A stretch of 64,000 bases of DNA from contig CAZUJQ010000002.1 in assembly GCA_964620805.1 (NCBI GenBank), positions 6,253 to 70,252 of the forward strand. Direction: 5' to 3'. Numbering within the stretch: position 1 is the first letter of the stretch; each line of letters opens with the position of its first letter. The notes under the pieces were generated by a model. That model did no database searches. It was not told where the DNA came from and saw nothing but the letters and a program-made list of their open reading frames with translations. Origin of the DNA: an uncultured Planctomycetales bacterium. GTDB taxonomy: Bacteria > Omnitrophota > Gorgyraeia > Zapsychrales > JAHFFX01. A program made the position numbers and the translations under genes. This document shows, piece after piece, positions 27,015 through 36,512 of this stretch.

Positions 27015-27295
27015 AAATAGAATTCCTTCCCGTGGCTCAACAAGAGCTGATGGAAGCGGTTGAATTTTACGAAAATCAACTTAACGGCCTCGGCGTTCTC
27101 TTTTACAAAGAAATTTCTGAAGCCATCGAGCTTATACGAATTTTCCCTGAAGGCTGGCAACGGATTACTAAATTGAGCCGCAAATGTTGTCTGCATAAAT
27201 TCCCTTACATGATCCTTTATGGGATCGTTGACAATGTCATCGTTATTTCTTCCATCACCCACCAGCACCGGCACCCCGAATCCTATCTTCGCTGA
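27011..27295 (+). CDS. RelE/ParE-family type II toxin
   Basis: 94-aa 'MKIEFLPVAQQELMEAVEFYENQ...' ParE-like; 4-nt overlap with the antitoxin. Confidence 0.6.
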   Translation: MKIEFLPVAQQELMEAVEFYENQLNGLGVLFYKEISEAIELIRIFPEGWQRITKLSRKCCLHKFPYMILYGIVDNVIVISSITHQHRHPESYLR

Positions 27296-27336
27296 ACCTG
27301 CAGTTGACATCTTTTGAGAAACGTTGGCAACTTCTT

Positions 27337-28122
27337 TTAGATATTCTCCGCAAATTCCGGTTCTTTGCGATGGAACAAATAAAGGCCGAGAATGAATACT
27401 CCAATAGAGCAAAGACCGGCGTAGGTTAACCAGAAGGGATCCGGGACTTCCTTAAGAACAACAACCCTGTTGACAGATTCCAGAATACTTCCGATCGGAT
27501 TGAGCAGGAGGAGGATTTTCCAATTCCCGAAATGGCTGGCTTCATAATAGACAGGGGTAAAGAAAATGCCGTACATAAGGACAATCTCCACAATATACTT
27601 GACATCCCGATAAAAAAGGTTGGCCGCTGAAAGAAGAAGCCCTAATCCGGCGGTCAATAAAATGAGAAACACTGCAAGGACCAGAAGCCACAAGAGATAA
27701 AGGCTTATGCCCAGCTTCACGATCGTCAGAATCACCACAACCACTCCCGTGGCCACAACGAAATCAAAGAAGCACGCCGCAACCGAAGCCAAAGGCAGAA
27801 CCGCCTTGGGAAAATAGATCTTGGTCACCAGCATGCTGTTTCCCACCAGGCTCTGCATGCTAAAACGCAGAGAGCTAATGAAAAACATCCAAGGCAGAAC
27901 CTTGACGGAGATGGAGGCCAGATCGATCATCGCGATCCGCTCGCCGGCAACAACCGCCATGGCCTTCTTGATCAGGATCCCAGCGGCCACGGCCACAAAC
28001 GGCATAAAAATCGCCCAGAGAAATCCCATGGCGGCCTGCTTGTAACGGATACGGATGTCCCTGACCGTTAACATATATAAGAGATCCCGATATCGGAAAA
28101 TTTCAAGAATGGCGTTTTTCAT
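27337..28122 (-). CDS. wzm: ABC-2 type polysaccharide exporter permease (Wzm-like)
   Basis: Six TM helices, ABC-2 family layout, adjacent to wzt. Confidence 0.65.
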   Translation of the reverse strand: MKNAILEIFRYRDLLYMLTVRDIRIRYKQAAMGFLWAIFMPFVAVAAGILIKKAMAVVAGERIAMIDLASISVKVLPWMFFISSLRFSMQSLVGNSMLVTKIYFPKAVLPLASVAACFFDFVVATGVVVVILTIVKLGISLYLLWLLVLAVFLILLTAGLGLLLSAANLFYRDVKYIVEIVLMYGIFFTPVYYEASHFGNWKILLLLNPIGSILESVNRVVVLKEVPDPFWLTYAGLCSIGVFILGLYLFHRKEPEFAENI

Positions 28123-28745
28123 GTTCTGCTCAATTCTATCCTTTTATATAGCCTTGCATTGAGAAAGATACATCCGACTGACCAAGTACCGTTGAAGCAT
28201 GAGATAAATCATGTAGCTTTATCTCGACTTTAGACATTTTTGAGCCCCTTAATAAGGCTAGCTCTCATCGAGTGGGTATTTTTAAAAATGAATTTTTGCA
28301 TCTTTGGGATCTAATCAAATGGCTTGGGACATTAAAAAATCCGGCAACTCTGATATGGCCTCGATGAGGCAAACTTTTTAAGAGGCTCCAAAAGCCCCGA
28401 AAAATGTCTAAAGTCGAGTTTATAATATGCAAGATAAGCACTCTCCCGACTGTGTCGGGAGAGTGCACACTAGACCCCGTCGCTTTACTTCGTCCCGTGA
28501 AAGGCTTTGCCTTTCACGGGATTAAATCCCTGAAATCGCGAAGCGATTTCAGGGGACAAAGCGAATCACAGGGGTCACATTGGAATCTCCTGCCTGGGCT
28601 TATCTTTTCCCCCGCGCTTTGTCCCGATGTTACATCGGGACAGCGGGGAATCGGAATTTCGCTTTTGAAATTCCGATGTGACAAGCCTATATAGTAAACC
28701 CCGTAAAGAGGTAAAGGATATGTCCATGGTCATTGAGATAGCGGA

Positions 28746-29714
28746 TCAAGAAGAAAGATAACAACTTTCGGTCTTCTCCCAACAATATTTATAAAAAATA
28801 AGAGGTAAATAGAAACACAAAAGAAGAAAGACCTTTATCTTTAGAACACGCTTTCTTTTACTCTCCTTGAATAATTCATTCCAATTCATCCAGATAAATG
28901 CATGACGTAAATTGTGCGCAAAAGAATGGTAAGGATCCTTGAGAATCGTAATCAAACGGTTGCGTCCCTGAAGTCGTATGAGCCATTCGGGTTTGGACAT
29001 ATGAGAACTCATGTGGGCACCCATGTGGTAGTGCAACACACGGCTATTTGTCACACAGGCAATCCTAAATCCTCGGAATTTGGCCCTTCTGGAGAAATCA
29101 AGATCCTCATCGTACAGAAAATAGAAGGGATCAAGTCCACCGATTTTTTTAAAGACCTCTTTCTTAACCAGCATACAGACGCCCCCCATCCAATCCACCT
29201 CATAAAATTCAGAAAGGTGTCCTTTCTTCTGATCTTCCATATAACTTGTGCGAGCAAGCATTTTTGACCGGAAAATGTAATCGATTTCTTTCCCTTCATA
29301 ATCATATTGAATAGGGCCTAGAATTCCTATGTCGGGGTGGACCTGGAAGACTTTGATCATTTCCGTTAACCAGGTGCGCTCGGCTTTAATATCTTGATTT
29401 AAGATTCCAACATAGTTTGCATTCCTTTTGATGGCCTCCTGAATCCCAAGATTGTAAGCCGATGATCCGAGATTCTTCTTGCATCGAATAAGCAAAATAT
29501 TTTTGAAGTTGTGTTCAATGTAAGAAGGACTGTCATCCGTGGAGTGATTATCAACGGCAATGACCTGGAGATTAGAATAGTCCGTTTCCAGAAGGGAACG
29601 CAGGCATAAATCTATCCATTTTTTCCCGTTATAAATCAAGACCACCAAGGTGACACGTGGCCAACGATCGCTTTTCATAAGGGTCCTTCCCTCCCTTCTA
29701 GTCGGTATTGTCAA
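28746..29714 (-). CDS. glycosyltransferase family 2
   Basis: 'VTLVVLIYNGKKWIDLCLRSLLETDYSNLQVIAVDNHSTDDS', 'YDEDLDF'. Confidence 0.6.
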   Translation of the reverse strand: MTIPTRREGRTLMKSDRWPRVTLVVLIYNGKKWIDLCLRSLLETDYSNLQVIAVDNHSTDDSPSYIEHNFKNILLIRCKKNLGSSAYNLGIQEAIKRNANYVGILNQDIKAERTWLTEMIKVFQVHPDIGILGPIQYDYEGKEIDYIFRSKMLARTSYMEDQKKGHLSEFYEVDWMGGVCMLVKKEVFKKIGGLDPFYFLYDEDLDFSRRAKFRGFRIACVTNSRVLHYHMGAHMSSHMSKPEWLIRLQGRNRLITILKDPYHSFAHNLRHAFIWMNWNELFKESKRKRVLKIKVFLLLCFYLPLIFYKYCWEKTESCYLSS

Positions 29715-29908
29715 AAGTTATTAACTTTGGTGTCATTGCGAGCCATCGTTGATATTTCGTTTTGGCGAAGCAATCTTTTTAGACGATCTCAAAGATTGCT
29801 TCGTCGTCGCTAAAAAGCGCTCCTCCTCGCAATGACACGATCTGGCATCCCCAAGTTTCATACTAATATTCTTTTTGATACCTACTCTTCATAAAACTTT
29901 TGACAGTA
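29708..29908. mobile_element. family-B MITE-like element (TIRs TTGTCAAAAGTT ... AACTTTTGACA with internal multi-hairpin core TGTCATTGCGAG...CTCGCAATGACA)
   Basis: Matches 62436-62630 in the same architecture, and the core at 20324-20624. Confidence 0.6.
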
Positions 29909-30074
29909 CCTTCCAAGGACTCTAGTCCTTAGGAATCGATGATTTCTACATGGGGGGCAGGATAAACCTTGTCTTGGCATTGCCCCAGGAGCGCACCTTG
30001 CGGATGATCTCGTCTTTTATAATCTCTCTAACCTTAAAACCCTCGAACATATCCTCCCCCACCTTTCGCTTTTC

Positions 30075-31343
30075 TCATTTCTCCAAGAGCCACTTCCATA
30101 ATGGCAAAATTTGAATTTTTTCCCCGCCGGCCTTTTCTTCCCCCTCCTGATCGCTGGTGACGACCAGTAAGCGCCGGCATTGAAGAGACCGCCCCACCCT
30201 TAAAAGGGCCTTGATTTCCCGTTTTTTCGTCTCTCCGTCGTTCAGAGAACGGCAAACCTGGATCAACTGCGCTATTTTTTTGCCTTCTTTTACAAGGAAA
30301 TCCACCTCAAAAGAGGGATCCGAATAATAGAACACCTCTTTTCCCCTTCGTTTTAATTCCAAAAATACGGCGTTCTCCATGATTCTTCCATGGTCAATCG
30401 TCGTTTTCGGGATGAGGGCGGAAATGAGTCCTGTGTCTATACAGTAGACCTTGCGCGGTTGTTTGACCTGCTCTTTTATTTTAAATGAAAAAGGTTCCAA
30501 TTGAAACACCAGGTAAGTCTCCTCCAGGTAATTTAGATAATTTTTAACCGTATGGACGCTTTTCATTTCAAAAATATTCTTTAATTTATTGTAAGTCAGC
30601 CTTGCGCCGAAATTTGAGATCACATAAAGGGCCGCTTCTTTGAGGGCCTTAACATATTTTATGTTGTAACGCAAAACAACGTCCCGCGTGATGATCTTGT
30701 CGAAAAGTTCCCGGAGATATTGAGACCAGGCCTCAAGATGAAGGACCTCGGGAAATCCCCCCATTGTCAGATATTCATCGAGGGACCGGTTGATCAGGGC
30801 CCTCTTCTCGGTGGCATAGAAATCTTTTTCGTCAATGGAAATGTCTCTATAGGAGAGAAACTCCTTAAAGGAAAATGGATAAAGCTCAATTGTGAAATGC
30901 CTTCCCGTCAGATGGGTCGCCAGCTCTTTGCTGAGAAGTTTCGCGTTGCTGCCCGTAACGGTGATGATGTAGCGGCGCCTTTTCAGGCGGTTGACAAACA
31001 GTTCCCATCCTTCGATATTCTGCGCCTCATCCAGCAATAAATATTTAAAGCCCGGATGGATCTCCTGGAGAACCTCCAGAAAGTTGTTAAGGTCTTCTTT
31101 GGTGGCGCCGATAAGCCGCTCATCGTCAAAGTTGATATAACCGTATTCTTGGGAGCGCAGGGACTGATGCGCCAGGACCGATTTGCCGCATCTGCGGACC
31201 CCCATGATCACCTTGACCAAATCGGCCCCAAACATTTTTTTTGTCGACTGCCCGCACTCTCTTTCGACAATCCGTTCCTTAAAAAGATCGGCAACCTCTC
31301 CTTTTTGTTCTAGCAATATTTGCTTGATGAGATGTTTTTCCAT
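30075..31343 (-). CDS. ATP-binding protein (AAA domain + DUF4143)
   Basis: Walker A 'GVRRCGKS', 'LLLDEAQ'; same family as 23082..24248. Confidence 0.6.
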   Translation of the reverse strand: MEKHLIKQILLEQKGEVADLFKERIVERECGQSTKKMFGADLVKVIMGVRRCGKSVLAHQSLRSQEYGYINFDDERLIGATKEDLNNFLEVLQEIHPGFKYLLLDEAQNIEGWELFVNRLKRRRYIITVTGSNAKLLSKELATHLTGRHFTIELYPFSFKEFLSYRDISIDEKDFYATEKRALINRSLDEYLTMGGFPEVLHLEAWSQYLRELFDKIITRDVVLRYNIKYVKALKEAALYVISNFGARLTYNKLKNIFEMKSVHTVKNYLNYLEETYLVFQLEPFSFKIKEQVKQPRKVYCIDTGLISALIPKTTIDHGRIMENAVFLELKRRGKEVFYYSDPSFEVDFLVKEGKKIAQLIQVCRSLNDGETKKREIKALLRVGRSLQCRRLLVVTSDQEGEEKAGGEKIQILPLWKWLLEK

Positions 31344-31666
31344 ATTATTCTCCTTCGCCCCGCCTGTCTGCCGACAGGCAGACAGGCGGGGCTTCGGAGG
31401 AATTATTCTGCTCGAGAATATTCCTGCGAAGCCCCACCTCTTGCATTCTGCAAGAATGCGGTGGGGCGTAGCAGAATAGCCGCCTTCTCATTGTTGTCAA
31501 CAGACTGCATAAGATATATCTATTTTGTGCAGTGTACTGCACCAAATAGATAATACCATGAAAGAATCTCCCGGTGCAATTTTTTTCTTTTCCTGTCCGT
31601 TCTCATCGTAACAGGACGCTCCCGTAATGTCCGCTGGCGGCGAGGTCTTGCTCCGCTCAGATATCA

Positions 31667-32962
31667 TCAATCCACGATCTCCACCTTGGGGTGCGGCAGA
31701 ATGAATTTAGTCTTATGGTTTCCCCAGGACCTGACCTTCTTGATGATCTCATCCTTATAATTCCAAATCGTCAAAAGGTAATAATCCGGGGGATTGAGCA
31801 TGGCCTCTTCTTCGCTGATCACTTTGATGTTGGCCAAAGGAATATATTTCCCCTGCTTGGTCGGCGTGGAATCCACTACCATGGGAACAAGATCCTTGCG
31901 GATTCCGTAGTAGTTAAAGAGTGTCGTCGATTTCGCTGAGGCGCCGTAGGCGTGGACGCTTTTGCCTTCGGACTTAAGCCGCAAAAGCAGCCGGATCATG
32001 TCTTCCTTGTTTTGCTGAAGACGGGTGCGGAAATCCGCATAATATCCCGGCTGGTGCAGGTCTTTTTCCGATTCCAGATATTTTTTGACCTCTTCGGAGG
32101 TGGGATAGCCCGCGCAGGCCAGTTTGGCCACAAATGTCATGGTTCCACCGTGAATGGCGCTGTGCATCACATCCACCAGAATCATTCCATAACGTTTGAG
32201 GATTTCCGAGATGCTACGCACGGAATAGTAATACATGTGTTCATGATAGACCTGGTCGAACTCCTGCTTGACCATCGTATCCAGAAAATAGGCATTTTCT
32301 ATGATGAGGGTCCCTTCATCCGAGAGAAGGATTTGCACGCCTTCCAGCATGCGCCACGGTTTTTCGTTATGCGCAAAACAATGCCTGGCCACGATCACGC
32401 TCTTACGCCCTTCGAAGGCCAGGAGCCTTTGGGCCGCCTCAGAGTTGAAAAAACTATTGAGGGTTGAGATGCCGCGTTGATTGGCCATGGCCGCCACGTT
32501 GGAAGCAGGATCCACGCCAGTCACGGAGCGCACGTGAGGGGAAACGAATTCCAGAAAACGGCCGATATTGCTTCCGATTTCGAGCAACCGGGATGATGAG
32601 GAAAGAAACCCTTTGCCTTTCAGGAAATCCAGGATTTTCCCGTAATGCGCCGTCAACTCCCCGCTGACCGGAGTGATGTAATTGTAATTATCATAAAGCT
32701 CATGGCTGTCTGCGCAATAACTGAGTTGGGCTGCCGAGCATTGACGACAGATCAAAAGCACCAAGGGATAGATTTTCACCGGATCATGCAGTGAGGAAAC
32801 GAGCGCATTGGCGAAAGGGTGATGCCCCAGATCCAGCAAAACAAAAGTCTTTCCACCGCAGATACGACAATCGATTGTTGGTTCGTGATCCACCGGAATA
32901 CGCTCCGCAGCTACAGGCATAACTGCGGCTGTTTTTGTATCGCTCAGCGATATCTCAGCCAT
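31667..32962 (-). CDS. NDP-sugar C-methyltransferase-like class I SAM methyltransferase with N-terminal Zn-ribbon
   Basis: N-terminal 'CRICGG...CRQC' Cys pairs; 'LLEIGSNIGRFLEFV' SAM motif I; C-terminal C-methyltransferase-type domain (TylCIII/NovU-like architecture). Confidence 0.5.
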   Translation of the reverse strand: MAEISLSDTKTAAVMPVAAERIPVDHEPTIDCRICGGKTFVLLDLGHHPFANALVSSLHDPVKIYPLVLLICRQCSAAQLSYCADSHELYDNYNYITPVSGELTAHYGKILDFLKGKGFLSSSSRLLEIGSNIGRFLEFVSPHVRSVTGVDPASNVAAMANQRGISTLNSFFNSEAAQRLLAFEGRKSVIVARHCFAHNEKPWRMLEGVQILLSDEGTLIIENAYFLDTMVKQEFDQVYHEHMYYYSVRSISEILKRYGMILVDVMHSAIHGGTMTFVAKLACAGYPTSEEVKKYLESEKDLHQPGYYADFRTRLQQNKEDMIRLLLRLKSEGKSVHAYGASAKSTTLFNYYGIRKDLVPMVVDSTPTKQGKYIPLANIKVISEEEAMLNPPDYYLLTIWNYKDEIIKKVRSWGNHKTKFILPHPKVEIVD

Positions 32963-32977
32963 GAGAGGTTACCTCCT

Positions 32978-34249
32978 CTATACGTTGCCGAAGGGGAAAG
33001 TAGGGACAGCGCCCACTTTTGAAAAAGTAGGCGCTGTCCCTACTTTCCGAATTTCCTCCCAGGCCCGAAGAGCCAGGCTGTCAGGAATCTCCAAATCCTG
33101 GAAGGTCAAGATTTGCTCGGGTTCAACCGTTCTCTTGACGAGGGCGTTATGCACCAACCCCAAGGGCATATGCCCCGGATGTTCGGTCATTTTGACCGTC
33201 ACGCCCCGCAAAGAAAAGCTTCCCATGCCATGGGGAATCGATTCTCCCGGTGATAATTTCTTTTTCGCGATCGCGGCGATGCTGACTGTAGGACGGCTAG
33301 AGTTGTTGAGAAGAGCCGATCTTCCTTCAAAAGCCCTGCGAATAGTTTTAGGAATTTCCAGATGGCAGAGAATATGATTTTTAAAGAGCGAATAATAGGG
33401 TCCCTCTCCTAGTTTGAAATAATCCAGGGCCTGCTGCTGCACTTCGTCATGTTCCGCGATTAGAAAAATTTTGAAATGCGATTTGGCGATGACCGTGTAA
33501 TCGCTGATCGCTTGGCCGAGGCGCTTGGCTTCCTCAGCCAGGATATTCACGCACTCCTGAAAATTCTTAGTCTGGGGGCCCAGCATCCCGGTCTGTAGAA
33601 TAGTGGCGTTGAGGCCGTTGGCTATCAAGGCTTGCTCATACTGCATCTTGGTTCCATCGGTCGCGGCTGTGACCATGCCTAAAGTCAATCTCTGTTTCCT
33701 GGACCAAAATTGCATGTTTTCCAAAGACGGATTGGGATCGTAGAATCCCTTGACATTGCCAAAGACCAAGGGCCGAAATCCCATTTGGACAGCGTCCTCA
33801 TGGAGGGCCGCCAGGCAGCCGGGTTGATCTCCTTCGGCCTCGGTCAGATAACCTTTGTCCACAAAAAAAGAACCGGTCGTCACGTGGAATTCAGAGTTCA
33901 TGGTGACGACCGGAAGGCCCGCTTGAAAAGCGCGGTTGACAACCTCGGTGGCATGCAGAACATCGCCGCTACATTCCACGATCAAATCGGAATGGTCGAT
34001 GAGTTCGTCCAGAGAATTGGTCATAAGGTCCGACCGCGGGAATTCCCAACAGGAAGCAATGGGCCGGCGGGTCAAAACTTTGGAGACCGCGAAATCCTGC
34101 ACATTCTGCATGGCGAGCATAAAGCCCCGGGCGATGAATCCTGAGCCGACGACACCGATTTTTTTGATGGAACTTTTCATGGTTTTAAATTGCTCAAATG
34201 TTTCCAATGTTTCCGAAGTTTCCGAGGTTGCCAAGGTTATCTTATTCAT
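32978..34249 (-). CDS. NAD(P)-binding oxidoreductase with C-terminal SAF-like domain (COG4091-like); start probably MKSSIKK at 34180
   Basis: 'IGVVGSGFIARG' Rossmann motif. The first 23 listed codons are repeat-encoded. Confidence 0.4.
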   Translation of the reverse strand: MNKITLATSETSETLETFEQFKTMKSSIKKIGVVGSGFIARGFMLAMQNVQDFAVSKVLTRRPIASCWEFPRSDLMTNSLDELIDHSDLIVECSGDVLHATEVVNRAFQAGLPVVTMNSEFHVTTGSFFVDKGYLTEAEGDQPGCLAALHEDAVQMGFRPLVFGNVKGFYDPNPSLENMQFWSRKQRLTLGMVTAATDGTKMQYEQALIANGLNATILQTGMLGPQTKNFQECVNILAEEAKRLGQAISDYTVIAKSHFKIFLIAEHDEVQQQALDYFKLGEGPYYSLFKNHILCHLEIPKTIRRAFEGRSALLNNSSRPTVSIAAIAKKKLSPGESIPHGMGSFSLRGVTVKMTEHPGHMPLGLVHNALVKRTVEPEQILTFQDLEIPDSLALRAWEEIRKVGTAPTFSKVGAVPTFPFGNV

Positions 34250-34364
34250 TCCGACATTCTTAAGGTTAATTAACGTTGCCTGACGTTTTCAACCTTTTGT
34301 AACTTCGGGTAACCTCTAAAAGGCAACTTCGGCAACGTCGGCAACCTGGGAAACATTGGCAACA
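34190..34364. repeat. family-A element copy A6
   Basis: gtttccaat-gtttccgaa-gtttccgag-gttgccaag-gttatctta; core ttcattccgacattcttaaggttaattaacgttgcc; right arm ggcaacttc-ggcaacgtc-ggcaacctg-ggaaacatt-ggcaacata. Confidence 0.8.
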
Positions 34365-34370
34365 TAATCA

Positions 34371-35402
34371 CTAAGCATCCACCTCCGTAACTTCCATCAC
34401 CTTCTTAACCTCCATAACCTCATTAACCTTAAATTCCCTTTCCTTGAGCTTCTGGAGCCAATCCTCATGCTCGACATACCATTGAATCGTCCGGTCTAAA
34501 CCTTTCTCAAAATCAACAGAAGGCCTCCAGCCCAGTTCATCTTGAATTTTATGAGAATCAATCGCGTAGCGGCGGTCATGTCCCAGGCGATCCTCCACAA
34601 ACTCGATCAAAGACTCCGGTTTTCTTAGTTTTTTCAATAGCAATTTCACGAGATCGATGTTTCGCCATTCGTTGCTCCCCCCGATGTTATAGATCTCCCC
34701 CAACCGGCCTTTTTGCAGGACGACGTCAATCGCCCGGCAATGATTCTCTACGTAGAGCCAATCCCGGACATTCAGCCCGTCCCCGTAGACCGGCAATTTC
34801 TTATTGGCCAGGGCGTTGTTGATCATAAGAGGAATGAGTTTCTCCGGATACTGGTAGGGCCCGTAATTGTTGGAGCAGCGCGTGATGATCGCGGGAAACT
34901 TATATGTTTCATAATAGGATCGGACCAGGCAATCAGAGCCGGCCTTGCTGGCGGAATAAGGGCTGTTGGGCATAAGGGGTGAAGTCTCCAGGAAATAACC
35001 GCTGTGGCCCAAAGTGCCGTAGACCTCGTCCGTTGAGACATGAATGAATCTTTTCACTTGAGCCCTCATGGCCGCCTCTAAAAGATGGTAAGTGCCCAGG
35101 ACATTGGTGCGGACAAAAGCGGAGGCATCCTTGATGCTGCGGTCCACATGGGTTTCCGCGGCAAAATGAACCACATAAGCCGCACCTTCCATGGCCTTCC
35201 AGACATCGTCGAACTCCGCAATGTCTCCCAGGACGAAATTGTAGTGCGGATCGTCTTCTAGATCTCGAAGGTTGTTGAGATTGCCGGCGTAGGTGAGCTT
35301 GTCCAGATTAACGATGGCAACATCGGGATGAGTTCCCATCATATACCGCACAAAGTTTGATCCGATGAATCCGCAGCCACCGGTGACGAGTATTTTTTTC
35401 AT
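34371..35402 (-). CDS. rfbB: dTDP-glucose 4,6-dehydratase
   Basis: 'MKKILVTGGCGFIGSNFVRYM', YxxxK and full-length similarity pattern to RfbB. Confidence 0.8.
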   Translation of the reverse strand: MKKILVTGGCGFIGSNFVRYMMGTHPDVAIVNLDKLTYAGNLNNLRDLEDDPHYNFVLGDIAEFDDVWKAMEGAAYVVHFAAETHVDRSIKDASAFVRTNVLGTYHLLEAAMRAQVKRFIHVSTDEVYGTLGHSGYFLETSPLMPNSPYSASKAGSDCLVRSYYETYKFPAIITRCSNNYGPYQYPEKLIPLMINNALANKKLPVYGDGLNVRDWLYVENHCRAIDVVLQKGRLGEIYNIGGSNEWRNIDLVKLLLKKLRKPESLIEFVEDRLGHDRRYAIDSHKIQDELGWRPSVDFEKGLDRTIQWYVEHEDWLQKLKEREFKVNEVMEVKKVMEVTEVDA

Positions 35403-35431
35403 AGATTCCTTTCAGAAATTAGGGACAGCTC

Positions 35432-36331
35432 CTACTTTTTATAAAAAAATGCATTGTCAGCAAAAGTAGGCGCTGTCCCTAATTTTTCTAGAAACCGCTC
35501 AACGGCGTCCTGCCACGTTGGAGGTGTCATTTTGAGATCATCCGCCAACTTCTTGTTGGACATGGCGGAAAACGCCGGCCGCCGCGCCTGAAGCCTAAAC
35601 GAATCTGCCGGAACCGGGATCAATTCCATCGTCCTTCCGATTCTCTCGAAATAATATCTTGCCCATTCCAGGCGGGAACAATAGCCGCTGTTGGTCAAGT
35701 GATACAGGCCTTCTAATCTCTTGTTTAGCGCCAAAAATGTAAACTCGACCACATCCTCTGTGAAGGTGGGAACGGAGGTCTCATCACAGGCGATTTGAAG
35801 ACGATCGGTATTTTTCGCCCATTCCTCAAGCCGGAAAAGAAAATTATTCTTGCCCTGCCCGAAAAGCCAGCTCAATCGGAATATCAGAAATTGATCCGTG
35901 TATTTCTCAACCGCCTTCTCCCCTTCCCACTTGCTGTGTCCGTACACGCTGATGGGGTCCGGTTGATCCTCTTCTGTGTAAGGGGTCCCTTTCTGGCCGT
36001 TGAAGACGTAATCCGAGCTGAAGTGAACCAGAAATATTCCCTGGCTGTGGCATAGGCGTGCCAGGTTCTCTACCGCTTCCTGGTTGACCTGATAGGCCTT
36101 GGCCTTTTCTTTTTCGGCCTGGTCCACATGATTGAAGGCTGTGCAGTTGATGATGAGATCCGGCCCGATTGTCTGGAGCATGGCCTCCATCTGGGTTTTA
36201 TTCGTGATGTCCAAGTGGGCGTAATCGAAGCCCGCATAAGACACTTTGGACAACTCGAGCTTTCGGACAAATTCCCCTCCAAGCTGGCCTTCGCTTCCGA
36301 GAATCAAAGTTTTCTTATTGGTTTTTATCAT
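35432..36331 (-). CDS. rfbD: dTDP-4-dehydrorhamnose reductase
   Basis: 'LILGSEGQLGGEF' N-terminus, RmlD-type short-chain reductase. Confidence 0.75.
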   Translation of the reverse strand: MIKTNKKTLILGSEGQLGGEFVRKLELSKVSYAGFDYAHLDITNKTQMEAMLQTIGPDLIINCTAFNHVDQAEKEKAKAYQVNQEAVENLARLCHSQGIFLVHFSSDYVFNGQKGTPYTEEDQPDPISVYGHSKWEGEKAVEKYTDQFLIFRLSWLFGQGKNNFLFRLEEWAKNTDRLQIACDETSVPTFTEDVVEFTFLALNKRLEGLYHLTNSGYCSRLEWARYYFERIGRTMELIPVPADSFRLQARRPAFSAMSNKKLADDLKMTPPTWQDAVERFLEKLGTAPTFADNAFFYKK

Positions 36332-36360
36332 AGGTTGCCAATGTTATCTCATTTTATAAA

Positions 36361-36486
36361 TAGGTTAGGTAGTGTGGTAAAGGTTAAGTTGTGAGTTTAG
36401 TAGTGAGGTTAAGAAGTGTGTCAAATGCCGACACTCACTACCCACTACTCACAACTTAACACACTCCCTTACCCTAACCTCACAAC
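36361..36486. repeat. family-E long inverted repeat (left arm C-free, right arm G-free) downstream of rfbC
   Basis: About 55-nt arms: 'ggttaggtagtgtggtaaaggttaagttgtgagtttagtagtgag' versus 'ctcactacccactactcacaacttaacacactcccttaccctaacc'. Confidence 0.7.
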
Positions 36487-36512
36487 CCATCCTTTCGTAG
36501 CTTCAGACAACC

